A DNA stretch of 64,000 bases from Squalus acanthias (GCA_030390025.1 CM059432.1:140494001-140558000); one strand, 5' to 3'. Shown: positions 12,327 to 24,547, counted from the stretch's first letter. A program made the numbers and translations. Notes: generated by a model from the sequence alone, not told the origin.

Positions 12327-13461
12327 CATTACAATTAGTCTCAGTGTCCCAGGATAGAGAAGCAAAATACTGACACAACTTTCTAGGAGTGGGGTAAGAT
12401 TGGGATTGGCTGTAGCGCATCCTGTGTTCAAACGGGTCATTCATGAATAGTGGCTGTTTGAGCAAGTTACCAGAGATTGATTGATGGAACAAGGGAGTCA
12501 ATGCCTTCAGGAGAGAAGAGGGAAAAAAAATTGGCAAGGAAAGAAAAACCCTGAAGAGGTGCTGATGCAGAAACTGGAGCCCAGCCATGTCCTGTTTTCC
12601 CAGCCAAGAGTTGGTTCCTTGGGGGCGGGATCCTGAGTGACACTTCCCTCCCTAACCTGTTAAGAGGTGAGAGGAGTGAGGAGTTTCTCATGTGTTTGTT
12701 AAAGGCCATTGATAAAGGCGCAAGACTACAAAGAAAACATTGAAGAGCATGTCCAAAGGAGACGGAAGGCAATAAAAGACCACATACTGTGATGACGGGA
12801 CAGTTTGACTGAAGGTTTGTATGTCAGAAGTCTCGTACACCCGATCCCAACTCACCCAAATCCTAGCCCACTTGCTTTTAAATTGTGCTTTTTTAAAAAA
12901 CTTTTCTTAATCATACTTTGCATATTACCGTGGAAGCTTATTTTTCAAAAACCCTTGACATAATAAAAGAAATACGCTAGCATAAGTACTGTGCAACTAT
13001 AGAACTCTTACTTCCAAAGGCAATTAGTCAACCATGACATTATTTGTTATTTTGATTTAACGCAGTCACTTCCTTGGGCCACAGTAAATGTTAATGTCAA
13101 TGATGCTCGGCTTAATGTTAAATTGCACTTAAAACCTAACCCTGTGGGTACTGTGATGGGTTTTGTTATCCTAGGCAGCGGTTAACATTACTCTTGTCTT
13201 GCAGTTCTGGTGTGTTGTTTTATTCTGGTCAGCTCCCTCTCTAGTTGCTTGCTTTGAGCTCATGTACTCCACTATAAAATGAGAGAAGATCTTGGCCAGA
13301 CTTTATCTCAACGCAACTTTGTTTTGGAGCAGCCTTTGTATAACTAATTCTCGTCAGGTGCATCAGCTTCCAGCCCAAGGGACTGCACTGTATTTGTGGG
13401 GGAAAAAAATAATAATTTGGCGACTCTGATATAATTTGCAACCTTCAAGTCAAACAATCAG

Positions 13462-13606
13462 TGTCAGCCATGGCTCAGTGGATAGCACTCTCGCCTCTGA
13501 GTCAGAAACTGGAGCACAAAATCTAGGCTGACACTCCCAGTGCAGTACTGAGAGAGTGCTGCACTGTCGGAGATGCCGTCTTTTGGATGAGACACTAAAC
13601 TGAGGC
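13462..13606 (+). mobile_element. DeuSINE 5' fragment (a tail fragment also lies at ~14065-14165)
   Basis: Head consensus. Confidence 0.75.
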
Positions 13607-13771
13607 TATTGTGGGAGGAATTGATGCCAGCTAGTGCAGCTGTATGGGTGTTACAATTGGTTTTAGCGTGCTAAGTTAGCGAGGGGAAGATTGGCCAGTG
13701 CTCTCACCCCTGATCACTGCTGGAAAGGTGTATGTCTGAACATTGGGTGAGGACAGATTAAGATTGCGTAT

Positions 13772-13992
13772 AGAAACAAAAGTGCTGGAAAACCGCTGGA
13801 GCATCTTTGGAGAGAGAAACAGCGTTAACGGTTCACGTCGATGGCTTTTCACCTGAAACATCGATGACCTGATGAAAACCATCGACCTGAAACGTTAACT
13901 TTGTTTCTCTCTCTACAGATGCTGCCTGACCTGCTGAGTATTTCCAGCATTTTCTGTTTTTTTTCAGATTTCCAGCATCCGCAGTATTTTGC
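13772..13992. mobile_element. Head-to-head inverted Penelope 3'-end mini-insertion (family 1)
   Basis: Inverted copies of GTTAAC...CTCTCTCC...CCAGCA around hammerhead remnants; TSD TTAAGATTG at 13758-13766 and 13993-14001. Confidence 0.8.
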
Positions 13993-14585
13993 TTAAGATT
14001 GGCTATGTTACCCCTGGAATTGGAATAGCTTTCCAACACTCACTGTTGGGCAAAGGACTAAGATTCCTACATTGCAACAGTGACTACATTTCAAAAGTAT
14101 TTAATTGGCTGTGAAATGCTTTGGGACATCTCGAGGTCGTGAAAGGCAAGCTCTTTCTTTTCTTTTAGTGGGTGACCAACTCCAGGGGAACTGTGCTGCA
14201 GAAGAGAGTCAACACCTTCAGGAGAGAAGCAAGACATGGGTAAAAACTGGCAGAAGAAGCAGAAAGGCGAAAGAATGGGCAATTGGGTGAGGTGTCAGAG
14301 GACAGCTGGTGCCTGCAGAACCATACTCCAGAATGAGTCAGCGTCTTTGAGACAGGATGGAAGTTAAAAAAAATCTATGTAGCATAAAATCATACATACC
14401 AGAAGGCCTGACGTTCACTGCTTGGCTTATGCTGAGAGTGATCATGAAAATAAGAATAGATCAGGGAGGCCATTCAGCTCATCGTTCCAGGGAAATCGAT
14501 GTCCCCCCCCTTCCCTGCAGCCAACAACCTCATTAATGATTCTAGACTTGACTCCCCCAAAAGACCATTCCAGGTATTAATCATA

Positions 14586-15148
14586 TTTTTTTTTATTCGT
14601 TCATGGGATCTGGGCGTCGCTGGCAAGGCCAGCATTTATTGCCCATCCCTAGCTGCCCTTGAGAAGGTGGTGGTGAGCCGCCTTCTTGAACTGCTGCAGT
14701 CCGTGTGGTGAAGGTACTCCCACAGTGCTGTTAGGGAGGGAGTTCCAGGATTTTGACCCAGCGACGATGAAGGAACGGCGATATATTTCCAAGTCAGGAT
14801 GGTGTGTGACTTGGAGGGAAACTTGGAGGTGGTGGTGTTCCCATGAGCCTGCTGCCCTTGTCCTTCTAGGTGGAAGAGGTCGCGGGTTTGGGAGGTGCTG
14901 CCGAAGAAGCCTTGGCGAGTTACTGCAGTGCATCTTGTAGATGGTACACACTGCAGACACGGTATGATGGTGGTGGAGGGAGTGAATGTTTAAGGTGGTA
15001 GAGGGGTGCCAATCAAGCGGGCTGCTTTGTCCTGGATGGTGTCGAGCTTCTTGAGTGTTGTTGGAGCTGCACTCATCCAGGCAAGTGGAGAGTATTCCAT
15101 CACACTCCTGACTTGTGCCTTGTAGATGATAGAAAGGCTTTGGGGAGT
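14586..15148 (-). mobile_element. Non-LTR retrotransposon 3' end (CR1/Jockey group, poly-A tail)
   Basis: Translates IYKAQVRSVMEYSPLAWMSA...WNSLP; tail AATAAATGCTGGCCTTGCCAGCGACGCCCA...GAATAAAAAAAAA. Confidence 0.8.
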
Positions 15149-15278
15149 CATATTTTGCATGAACAATGTTTCCTGATACCAGTTCTCAACTTGCCTTTTT
15201 ACAGTTCTTTGACTTAGGAGTAACAGTTATCTTGAAATACTGCTCTGGACGAACTTTCTTTCTATTTCACTTAATATT

Positions 15279-16042
15279 GGACCAGAAATTCGGCTCTCCG
15301 GCTTCCTGCGGGTGCAAGCATCGCGCGCGTACTTGCCTACCGCGCCTGCAGTTGTGCTTTGGGCCCACGAGGACTTCGGGTCCTGGGCCTCCTCCAGCTG
15401 CCGGCGCGCAGTGCTCGTGTATCCCAGGGGCGCAGTTAGTTCGAAGCGTCCCCTGGGATCACGTGGGCCATGGAGAGCCAATCCTAGCAGGGCATTTTCA
15501 TTCATAGATTTGACAGGAAGACCTGTCAAATCTATGAATAGAGATCGGCCCCAAAACCACACTTAAACTTCAAATAATTTTTTTTTATAAATCACATTTT
15601 TAAAATAACTATAAGTTAAATAAATTAACTACTTTAAACAAAAATTTAAATTTTTGAAAAAATTAATTATACTTTTTAACGGTGCTAAAAATAAACTTAC
15701 CTTTCTTTAATGTAGCTGAAAAAGATAAACCTGTTGGAAATTTTTTTAAATTGTAATTAATTAACCACTTACCTTGTTAAAAACAGGCCTTGCGCCTCCT
15801 TTTTAAAAGCGCAGCTTCTTCATACTTACCCTCCCGGAGAAACCTGAAAAAAAACCTGAGGTTCGCTGTGTGCGCGCAGCCTCTCCCGCGCATGCGTTCG
15901 ACTTCTGAACCCCTCCCTTCAGGGGAACGGAAGTTCCGGTTTCCCGCGCATGCGCAGTGCATGCAGGAAACCGGCACTTCAGATGGCCTTACGGGTGAGT
16001 ACACAGCGCGTACTCACCCGGCAACAGCCGAATTTCTGGCCC
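15279..16042. mobile_element. Non-autonomous TIR element (PIF/Harbinger-like MITE)
   Basis: 17-bp TIR GG(A/G)CCAGAAATTCGGCT with 1 mismatch; 3-bp TSD ATT; related copy at 51467-52202. Confidence 0.8.
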
Positions 16043-16304
16043 ATTGTTTCTACCTCTATTCCACCTCTTGTCAGTATTGAACAGTCTGAGACTTCCTCAC
16101 CTTTCTTCATATGATCAGTCTTTTGGCACGAGGGGGGGGGAGGGGGGGGGGAACACGATCTCAGCTGGAGCAGCTTTGAGGTGTTAAATTGGTCTTAGCA
16201 CGTCTAAGTAAGGGAGGGGAGAATATCAGCCAGAGTTGCTGGTCCAGATCATGGCCCAGTCGCATCCTGCTGAAACTGTGTGTACATGTGAGCATTGGAG
16301 AAAA

Positions 16305-16735
16305 GAGAAAGAAAGACTTGCATTGATATAACACCTTACACGACCTCCCGCGCTTTACAACCAATTAAATACTTTTGAAGTGTCATCACTGTTGTAATGT
16401 AGAAAACACGGCAGTCAATTCGCGCACAGCAAACTTCCACAAACAGCAATGTGATAATGACCAGATCATCTGTTTTAGTGATGAATATTGTCCAGGACAC
16501 CGGGGAGAACTCTCCTGCTCTTCTTTGAATGCAACCTTGGGATCTTTTTACATCCACCTGACAGGGCCTCGGTTTAACGTCTCATCTGAAAGGCAGCACC
16601 TCCGGCAGTGCAGCACTCCCTCAGTACTGCTCTGGAGTGTCAGCCTGGATTATGTGCTCACGTTCAGGAGTGGGGACTACGAACCCACGACCTTCTGTCC
16701 CAGAGGTAAGAGTGCTACCCACTGAGCCACGGCTG
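16305..16735 (-). mobile_element. DeuSINE
   Basis: Family consensus. Confidence 0.85.
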
Positions 16736-17445
16736 GCATACATTGGGTGAGAATAGAATCATGCTGAGCTGCTGCGCCACTCATGGCTGAATATGCTGGG
16801 GCTCACTTTCTAGGTTCACACATGAAGAGTGGCCAGTTTGGTGAGGGATTGTTAGATTCTTGACCCCTGTGGAGGAACAGCTCAGAAAGAGTCACCGCCT
16901 TCAGGAGAAAAGGGAATTGGGGGGGAAAAAGAAGAAATACATCCTTTTGCCACTCACAGGTTCCATCGCCATGACAGCAATGTCACACCGTTCTGTTCCC
17001 TTTTCCAAACAACAACAAAAAAATGCTTTGGCAAACATATTTCACAAAAGCAATTCTGCCCACGTTAAATGTGCACTTTAGAAGTTGTGACCAAGTGTAA
17101 CTTTCCACATTTACATGCAGAAAGGGTGTATTTTAAAGCTATTGAATTAAATATCGGACATGACTGTAAATTGAGCCGGAGTGCAGTATCAGGTGCAATA
17201 TTAACCGGTTGGGCAGGGGATGGGGAGAGCGATCGTGCCTACATTACCTGCAAGAATCCATAGGTTCCTCACTTGCCCCCGGGTTATTGAGGGAGAAGGC
17301 GAAGTCAAAAGTAAGATTGGGTTAGTCCCACTTGACTACATAAGCCTGAGGCGGTGCCATGTCAGAGTTAGATGTACAGAGGATGCCCATTTCTTTGGGG
17401 TGCTGTCGATAGTACGAAATATAACTTCTATGCGGAAAATGCTAA

Positions 17446-17790
17446 CAACAACATAAACTTGCATTTATATAGCACCTTTAACGTACTAAAACGTCCCAAG
17501 TTGCTTCACAGGAACGTTATCAAACAAAACTTGACACCGAGCCACATAAGGAGATTAGGACTGATATCCAAAAGCTTGGTCAAAGAGGTAGGTTTTAAGG
17601 AGCATCTTAAAGGGGGAGAGGGAGGCGGAGAGGTTTAGGGAGGGAATTTCAGAGTTCAGGGCCTCGGCAGCAGAAGGCACGGCCGCCAATGGTGGAGCGA
17701 TGGCAATCAGGGATGCTCAAGAAGCCAGAATTGGAGGAGGGCAGAGATCTCGGAGGTTGTAGGGCTGGAGGAGGTTACAGCGATAGGGCT
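17446..17790 (-). mobile_element. L2-type LINE 3' end
   Basis: Reverse complement of ~24700-25032; GGRAF..LGP.LWNSLP region; tail related to (GTT)n. Confidence 0.8.
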
Positions 17791-17854
17791 AGTTTTTGTA
17801 TATTGGTAATTGGAGGGGGACGAGGTGTGTCTTAAGGAGACGTTCCCCCTTTAA

Positions 17855-18233
17855 GAAAAAAGAAAGACTTGCATTTATATAGCACCTTTCACGACCACCG
17901 GACGCCCCAAAGCGCCTTACAGTCAATGAAGTACTTTTGAAGTGTAGTCACTGTTGTAATGTGTGAAACGTGGCAGCCAAATTGCGCACAGCAAGCTCCC
18001 ACAACAAACAGCAACGTGATAATGACCAGATCATTTTTTTTGTTATGTTGATTGAGGGATAAATATTGACCAGGACACCAGGGATAACTTCCCCATCTCT
18101 TCTTCGAAATAGTGCCATGGGATCTTTTACATCCACCTGAGAGAGCAGACAGGGCCTCGGTTTAACGTCTCATTCGAAAAAGGACACCTCCAACAGTGCA
18201 GCACTAGAGTATCAGCCTGGATTTTTGTGCTCA
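17855..18233 (-). mobile_element. DeuSINE
   Basis: Family consensus. Confidence 0.85.
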
Positions 18234-18936
18234 AATAAAGTGGATGGTGGCTACTCATGATTCCTTGCAACTGTTTCAATTTTTAGAGCAGTGACGGCCA
18301 GACTCCCTTTAAACAGAGCCCGGCCCTGAATTGGGAGAAACACCAAACACGGGTCTAATTATGTAAAAAAAACAATCCCTTGAAAAGGTCAGCGCACTCC
18401 GGGACCCCCCGTTAAACGTTCCTTTGCATTATTAGACCCTAAACTATTATTTCTGTTTTCAAATAACTTTTTTCCTTGAAGCAGAGCCACTTCTGGCCAA
18501 ATCGGATTCACGGTTTTGTGAGATTTTCAACAGATTCTGTGCAGCAGGAGCTCCGGCTGCATTTCAAAGAACTGAACTAAACTGTATGGAAGAATCCGGC
18601 CTGTAAACTGTGTTACCAAAGACATGTAATCTGTACTTACTATAGAGACTGCACTTCCATGGATCTGTCAATAAGAAGCACGTTTTGTGCTGTAAGACTT
18701 GATTTAATTTATTTGAAAATGTCTGAACTCCGGGAAAAAAATTAAATGCTTTCTAAGCATCGGTGCCCGATACATTTTGAACCTCAAACTAGTTTTTAAG
18801 TCGGGTTTTGGAAGCATTCCTGTGAAACATCGCTTCGAAAATTTCCATTCGGACTTTAACACAACACACGCGGGCTATCACAACGAGTCGTGCTTTTGCC
18901 AGAATGATGTTTGCAGTGCGACGATCTTTATAAGGA

Positions 18937-19118
18937 ATAAAAACAGAAAAATGCTGGAAATACTCAGCAGGTTCAGGCAGCATCGACGAAAGGTCATCGA
19001 CCTGAAACGTTAACTCTGTGTTTCTCTCTCCACAGAGGCTGCCTGACCTGCTGAGTATTTCCAGTATTTTCTGTTTTTATTTCAGATTTCCAACATCGGC
19101 AGTGTTTTGCTTTGGTAC
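18937..19118. mobile_element. Inverted Penelope 3'-end mini-insertion (family 1)
   Basis: ~48-nt inverted arm followed by a forward copy starting inside the hammerhead core; 11-bp TSD CTTTATAAGGA at 18926-18936 and 19119-19129. Confidence 0.85.
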
Positions 19119-19289
19119 CTTTATAAGGAGTTGCCAGCGGAATATGCAACCAGCAACACCCCCTTGTGAAAGCTGAATGCCTCATCCTCCATACAGAATG
19201 GAATGGAGTCACAAGCCTGTATCTCTTCACCTTAACCTCTCTCTACCTGTGAACTACCAAGAACATCTACTATCATGACTTGGCTGATA

Positions 19290-19665
19290 TGGAGTTTAAA
19301 ATTATGAAGGGGTTCGATAGGGTAGCTGTAGAGAAGATGTTTCCACTTGTGGGAGAGACCAAAACTAGGGGCCATCAATATAAGACAGTCACTAATAAAT
19401 CCAATAAGGGAATTCAGGAGAAACTTCTTTACCCAGAGAGTGGTGAGAATGTGGAACTCGCTACCAGAGGGAGTGGTTGAGGTGAATAGAATTGATCAGT
19501 TTAAGGAGAAGCGCGATAAGCATATGAGGGAGAAGGGAATAGAAGGCTATGTTGATGGGGTGAGATGAAGAGGGGTGGGAGGAGGCTCCTGAGAAGCATG
19601 GGCACCGTCATGGAGCAGTTGGGCCGAATGGACTGTTTCTGTGCTGTAAATTCGATGTAATTCTG
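19290..19665 (+). mobile_element. CR1 LINE 3' end
   Basis: FKIMKGFDRV...TRGH...RRNFFTQRVV. Confidence 0.85.
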
Positions 19666-19787
19666 TGTAATGCACTTAAGGACTGACACTAAAGAGTTAA
19701 TTCGATTTGACAACTTTCTGCTGGTGAACGAATTTCTTGTACATTGCTTCCTGCCCTGGTCCGCACTCTTCCCAAAGACCGCCGGCG

Positions 19788-19801
19788 GCGCCCTCTGTTG
19801 A
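19788..19801 (-). promoter_or_regulatory. Candidate CTCF site ~0.8 kb upstream of the HAS2 promoter
   Basis: GCGCCCTCTGTTGA matches the reverse CTCF core GCGCC(C/T)CT(A/G)NTGG, in a CpG-retaining patch. Confidence 0.45.
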
Positions 19802-19999
19802 TCATTATTGAGCCAATGCTACAAGAACAGACTACAAAAGACCGATGTGAATGAATCTGGACTCCCGGTATTCTAAATTAAGTTCCATTGTCTTTTTATA
19901 GAGTCGTTCCTGTTAACCACACCCAGATAAGACAATGCACACTTAAAAAAGACACAAGTAAAACGCTGTAACTATTGAAGTCATGAATATCAAGTACAG

Positions 20000-20277
20000 A
20001 ATGCTGAAAGGGGAGAACATTTACAGGGCTATGGGGCAAAGAGCGAGGGGGCAGTGGGACTAATTGAACAGCTCTTTCAAAGAGGCACGATGGGCCGAAT
20101 GGCCTCCTTCTGTGCTGTACAATCCTCTGTGTGTGTGTGTGTGTGTGCATGAGAGTGATACACTGCAGTTACATGAGCCCATGCATCCACCGAGCCCCAA
20201 CATAGAATCATAGAATGAAAAAGCACAGAAGGAGGCCATTCGGCCCATCGTGCTTGTGTCGGCTCTTTGAAAGAGCT
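20000..20277. mobile_element. Two CR1 tails in inverted orientation flanking a (TG)n microsatellite
   Basis: ~20000-20122 (+) and ~20200-20277 (-); (TG)n at ~20127-20147. Confidence 0.75.
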
Positions 20278-20499
20278 ACATCGTCTGCAAGTATTTTTAA
20301 AAACACAAGTGAGTGGCACATTTAGGTGCAAGACACACAGCTCTTGTCTAGTCGCAGTATTTATAAGGATGGAATCAGTCTGGCCAGGACCGAAATGTAA
20401 ATGTTCCAGTTGAATCTGAAATATAGCGCATATAGGGAAATGCCGTCACGAAATTCGAGGTATTAAGATAACAGCCTTTAGGAAGCTTTGATTTGCGCT

Positions 20500-20615
20500 C
20501 AGTCTGCGCCGGTGGGCGGGTTTAGACATCCCCCCTCCCCTTAAACCCCCTCGATTCATTAACCAAAAAAAAGTTAGCCTTGTTATAAAAGTCCGCGCTT
20601 CCTCTGGGCAGTACT
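20500..20615 (+). promoter_or_regulatory. HAS2: Putative HAS2 core promoter
   Basis: GC box GGGCGG 20514-20519, CCCCTCCCC, TATAAAA 20584-20590; start of a TE-free, CpG-enriched block. Confidence 0.6.
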
Positions 20616-21238
20616 TGGGTTAGAAAAAGTCAGCACAGAAGGCGACCAAAAATAAAAGGGTTTTGGCGTGTGCTCGGAATTGCACACGGGTCAGTGTAAG
20701 GGAACTTGGTGAGCGTGGATTTGTTTCGACCTGGGGTTGGTTTTACCCCTGTACATGTATGAGTTTAAATTGTGAATTTATTATTTTTTTTAAAAAAAAG
20801 AACTTATGCGAGTGAACTATTTTTAAAAAATATTTAAGTTTTATTTATTCGTGGTAACAAAGGTATTCAGAACTGACGTCTAATGCTGAAATAAATAAAT
20901 AACAGTTGGGAAAAGCTTGTGAAATAAATTTTTTAAAAAAAAACCTCTGGTATTGGAACTGAAGATTTGACTTGAAGACCGGCGCAAAAGTTCTAAAAAA
21001 AAATTGTACAGGATTGTTGGAACCGGCTGGTTTATTTCTGCACAAACTCCGGTCAGTTTAAGACTTGTAGGAGTCCTGTGATCGAAGTGCTCGGCGCACA
21101 GGATGAAGCACTGACTTTATCCCTAGACTTGAAAAGTGAGAGAGAACAGACTGCAGACCACACACACACGGGGACAACTGAGCTTAAAATACAAGAGCAG
21201 TACAACTTCAATCTCCCAGCATCAAAGGATATAGCAAG
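20615..21238 (+). other. HAS2: Putative non-coding exon 1 (5' UTR) of HAS2; start approximate
   Basis: Ends in donor CAAG|GTACGT (GT at 21239-21240); splicing to 37444 gives CAAG-ATG; vertebrate HAS2 has a non-coding first exon and a long intron 1. Confidence 0.6.
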
Positions 21239-22199
21239 GTACGTCAACTTACTTTTTAATAACACGTTAAGCTCGATGGACATGCTTTTAATTGCAAAAA
21301 AATATGGATTTTTGTATCGTTAACACATAATTCCAAATGACGAATTGGAAAGGGGACGGTGCCAAAAAAGCACAAGAAATAAAGAATACGGGTCTTGTTA
21401 GCCGAAAAGCGTTGGGTGTAAATGAAGATTTAAACTTCTGGGCAGTGGATGGAGATGACTCTCTCTGTTGGTTTGCAGTTGGGGCTGTTCTCTCACCCCC
21501 GCCCCCCCCCCCCCCCCCCCCCCCCCCTCTCTCTCAACGCACATCTTGCAAATGTAGTAAGAGTCACACTACAAAACGGAAAATTAAACCAGGCACATGT
21601 ACTTTAGAAGATTGTCCAGTTTTGCAGAGAAATGCATTCTCTTGCTGTATTCAAATTGCTGGAGCGTGCATTTATGGAAAATTTGGGGTTGAGAATTACG
21701 TTACACAGGTACAGCAGAACCACGCGGCATCGCACACGTTAATATATTCCAACCGAAATAATGAATGGATCTGTCCCTTCAACGCCCCAACTTCTAAACC
21801 TGATATTTAACATTGCTGATGGTTTTTAATGTCGAGTAAAGAATACATTTCAAACACGATCTTTATTTTCCGCTATTTGCAAACTTAAATCCTTGGAGCA
21901 GACAACATTGAGACAAGCCAAGACAAGTTGAGACTTAATCCTGAGTTGGGTTTTTCTTGGGGGGGGAGGGCACAATTTGCATTTCGCAAAATATCAAATA
22001 CGTGCTACAGTTGGCAGCTTTTGTCCTGCAGGAGATCAAAGGGACAGAAAAAAGTAAGTGCAGGAATCGACAGCATGGGGGGGTGGGGTGGTAGACCTGG
22101 TTAATTAAACCTTGCAAGTGTAGAACGGATGAGTGAGTGGGCGCAATGCAAGTTGCAGAGAGAGAGCCTGACTCTATTGTAGTGGAACCTCGTGGCAGC

Positions 22200-22350
22200 G
22201 TACGAGGGAAACGCCCCCTTTCTGTTATGTCACAATCCCAGCCCACGTCACGCCCAGCAACCCGATTGGCTGGTTGGCGGGCTGGCAAGGGAATTCCCCT
22301 CGGGATTCGGGAGCCCCGGGAGTGACGCGCGCGCGCGCTCGCGGGGGGTG
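22200..22350 (-). promoter_or_regulatory. CpG-rich intronic regulatory cluster / candidate antisense promoter
   Basis: GGGAATTCCC kB site 22289-22298; kB-like 22206-22217; minus-strand CCAAT 22265-22269 and TGACGTGG 22243-22250; TGACG plus (CG)6 at 22323-22338. Confidence 0.6.
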
Positions 22351-23924
22351 GCACTTCAAACCAGATCTGGGATTGAAAAATATGGGATTTATTCTCATTT
22401 ACTAACCCCAAACACTTCCGCAAGGTTCAATGCATTTGAAAAGAATGCACATTTCCTTCGACATGTTGGATTTATGTACTGCAGTCAGGCAACAGCGACT
22501 TGCATTTATATACCACATGAAATTTCATTTAAATAAGATTTGCTTGTCAGTGCTATGAAGAGGTAAACCAGTGTTGAACGTTGGCATAGTATTGGTCAGT
22601 TACTGGTGTACCTTGAATGGCTTAAATTGTAACTTGCGCTCAAGACAGTCAAGCCATTTACCAATCCAGCCTTGTGAATTGACGGACATCGCGGGATCTG
22701 TCAAATGAATTTTTTTTGGCTTTAGATGCTTAAAGGCATGACAAAGAAAGCACTGTTTCCCGAAGGCGAGAGAGGGATGTGTAGATGTGGAGCTCAATTC
22801 ATTTAAACATAGATGCAATTGTGTTTATCCAAAAGGAGACGCGTTTTCCTTTTGGGTCAGGGTTTTAGAATTCTGTGGAAATCTGAATCTGGTTTTTTGA
22901 GATTTTTGCAGCCAAGCCTCTTGCTGAACGATTGGTAAAGCTTTAAATATCCTACTGGTTACCTGACAGGAAAAGGCGGAGCGGCCACAATATCACGTCA
23001 TTAACACAATCAACTGGGGCTCATAGAGTGCAGACAATGTGTAGAAACATGTTCATCCAAGATTTCAGACAAGTATTAATATATAGCTTCACCGCCACGA
23101 CTACTAACGCGTTGCAGTGGACAACATATTGTGGGTCAATTATAATTTAAAAAGATGTATTGAGATTAGGTCAAGGGTCAAACAGAATAACAACATAGAA
23201 TTACATAGAAAGTACAAGACGACAAGAGGCTGTTGTTTATCCTCCACACCACGGGTCGCCCTAATCCCCCCCCTGTTCCCTTATCCCCCTTGCCTTCAAC
23301 CGCGGATCTAACCCATTATTAAATGTTGACTTGGTCTCTGCTACAATCATTAATTCCCCCCAACAGGAACTACCCATCAAGTCGCTTAGAGAAGCCGCTT
23401 TTTATTTCTAAACTGCCTCCTTATCTGGAAGTGAGATTATACGGGATCTGTAAATTTAGAGATTGTTTAGAAATAAGTTAAGACACAAGGTATAGTGTCT
23501 TGATTGTTACATATACAGTGGCTCGGTTAGTTCAGCAAATCAATTCCAGATGTAACCCTTAACTCCCCATCTGCAGGGTGGGACTTCCAATAAGGCCGGG
23601 ATTGCTGTTTCCAGATGGACACAATTACCATTGGAACTTGAATTTAACATTACTTAAAAAAAAGGGTTTGCTCTTAGCTTTAGACAGAAGAGTGACCAAA
23701 TGCAATGATGCAGCTCAGCAGGGGTCATCTGGTTTCATTGTGAGGAGACAATCACACTCTCCTGTTCATCTATACTTCGCCTGTCACCAAAACCAAATTA
23801 ACTTTGTATCTAAACTCTCTCCGAAAGACACTGTTAAGAAAGTATTTACACTTCCGGCACCAAAAGGCCATGATTCCATCCAACAAGGTCACCGAGGCTT
23901 AAGACTCAGTGGCGCACCCTTAGA

Positions 23925-24300
23925 AGGACCTGCATTTATATAGCGGCTTTCACATCCCAAAGCGCTCTGCGGTATTTTTTAAGTGGAGTCACTGTTGTAA
24001 TGTAGGAAACGCAGCAGCCAATTCGCACACAGCAAGATCCCATAACCAGCAATGTGATAATGACCAGCTCATCTGTTTTACTCATGTTGGTTGAGGGATA
24101 AATATTGGCCAAGACACGGGGGAGAACTCCCCTGCTCTTCTTCGAAATAGTGCCGTGGGATCTTTGATGTCCACCTGAGAGAGCACCTCCCACAGTGCCC
24201 CACTCCACTCGAGTGTCAGCTCCAGTCTCTTGAGCGGAACGTGAGCCCACAACATTCTGACACAGAGGCAGCAGTGTTACCCAATGAGCCAAGGTTGATA
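23925..24300 (-). mobile_element. DeuSINE
   Basis: Family consensus. Confidence 0.8.
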
Positions 24301-24547
24301 CCTCTACCATTCATTACAACCAGTGCCCTAGTCTGCAAGACTATCCCTATCACTATATCATGTATCCTGTACTATATATTCTGTATACTGTGGATCAATG
24401 TTGGACCATGTGTTGAAACCAAATAACTATCGTAATAATGATCTTAGAATAATCATAAACCAATAAGCTGCGTTACTACTCCAGTTTCAGATCTGAAACC
24501 TTGACTACCAATGCAGAACAAGCATTATTACTATTTCATAAACACTC

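Noticed and set aside
21337..22536. ORFs of 114-162 aa in intron 1, including a poly-Pro ORF
   Set aside because: No recognisable domain; explained by a poly-C run and GC-rich composition
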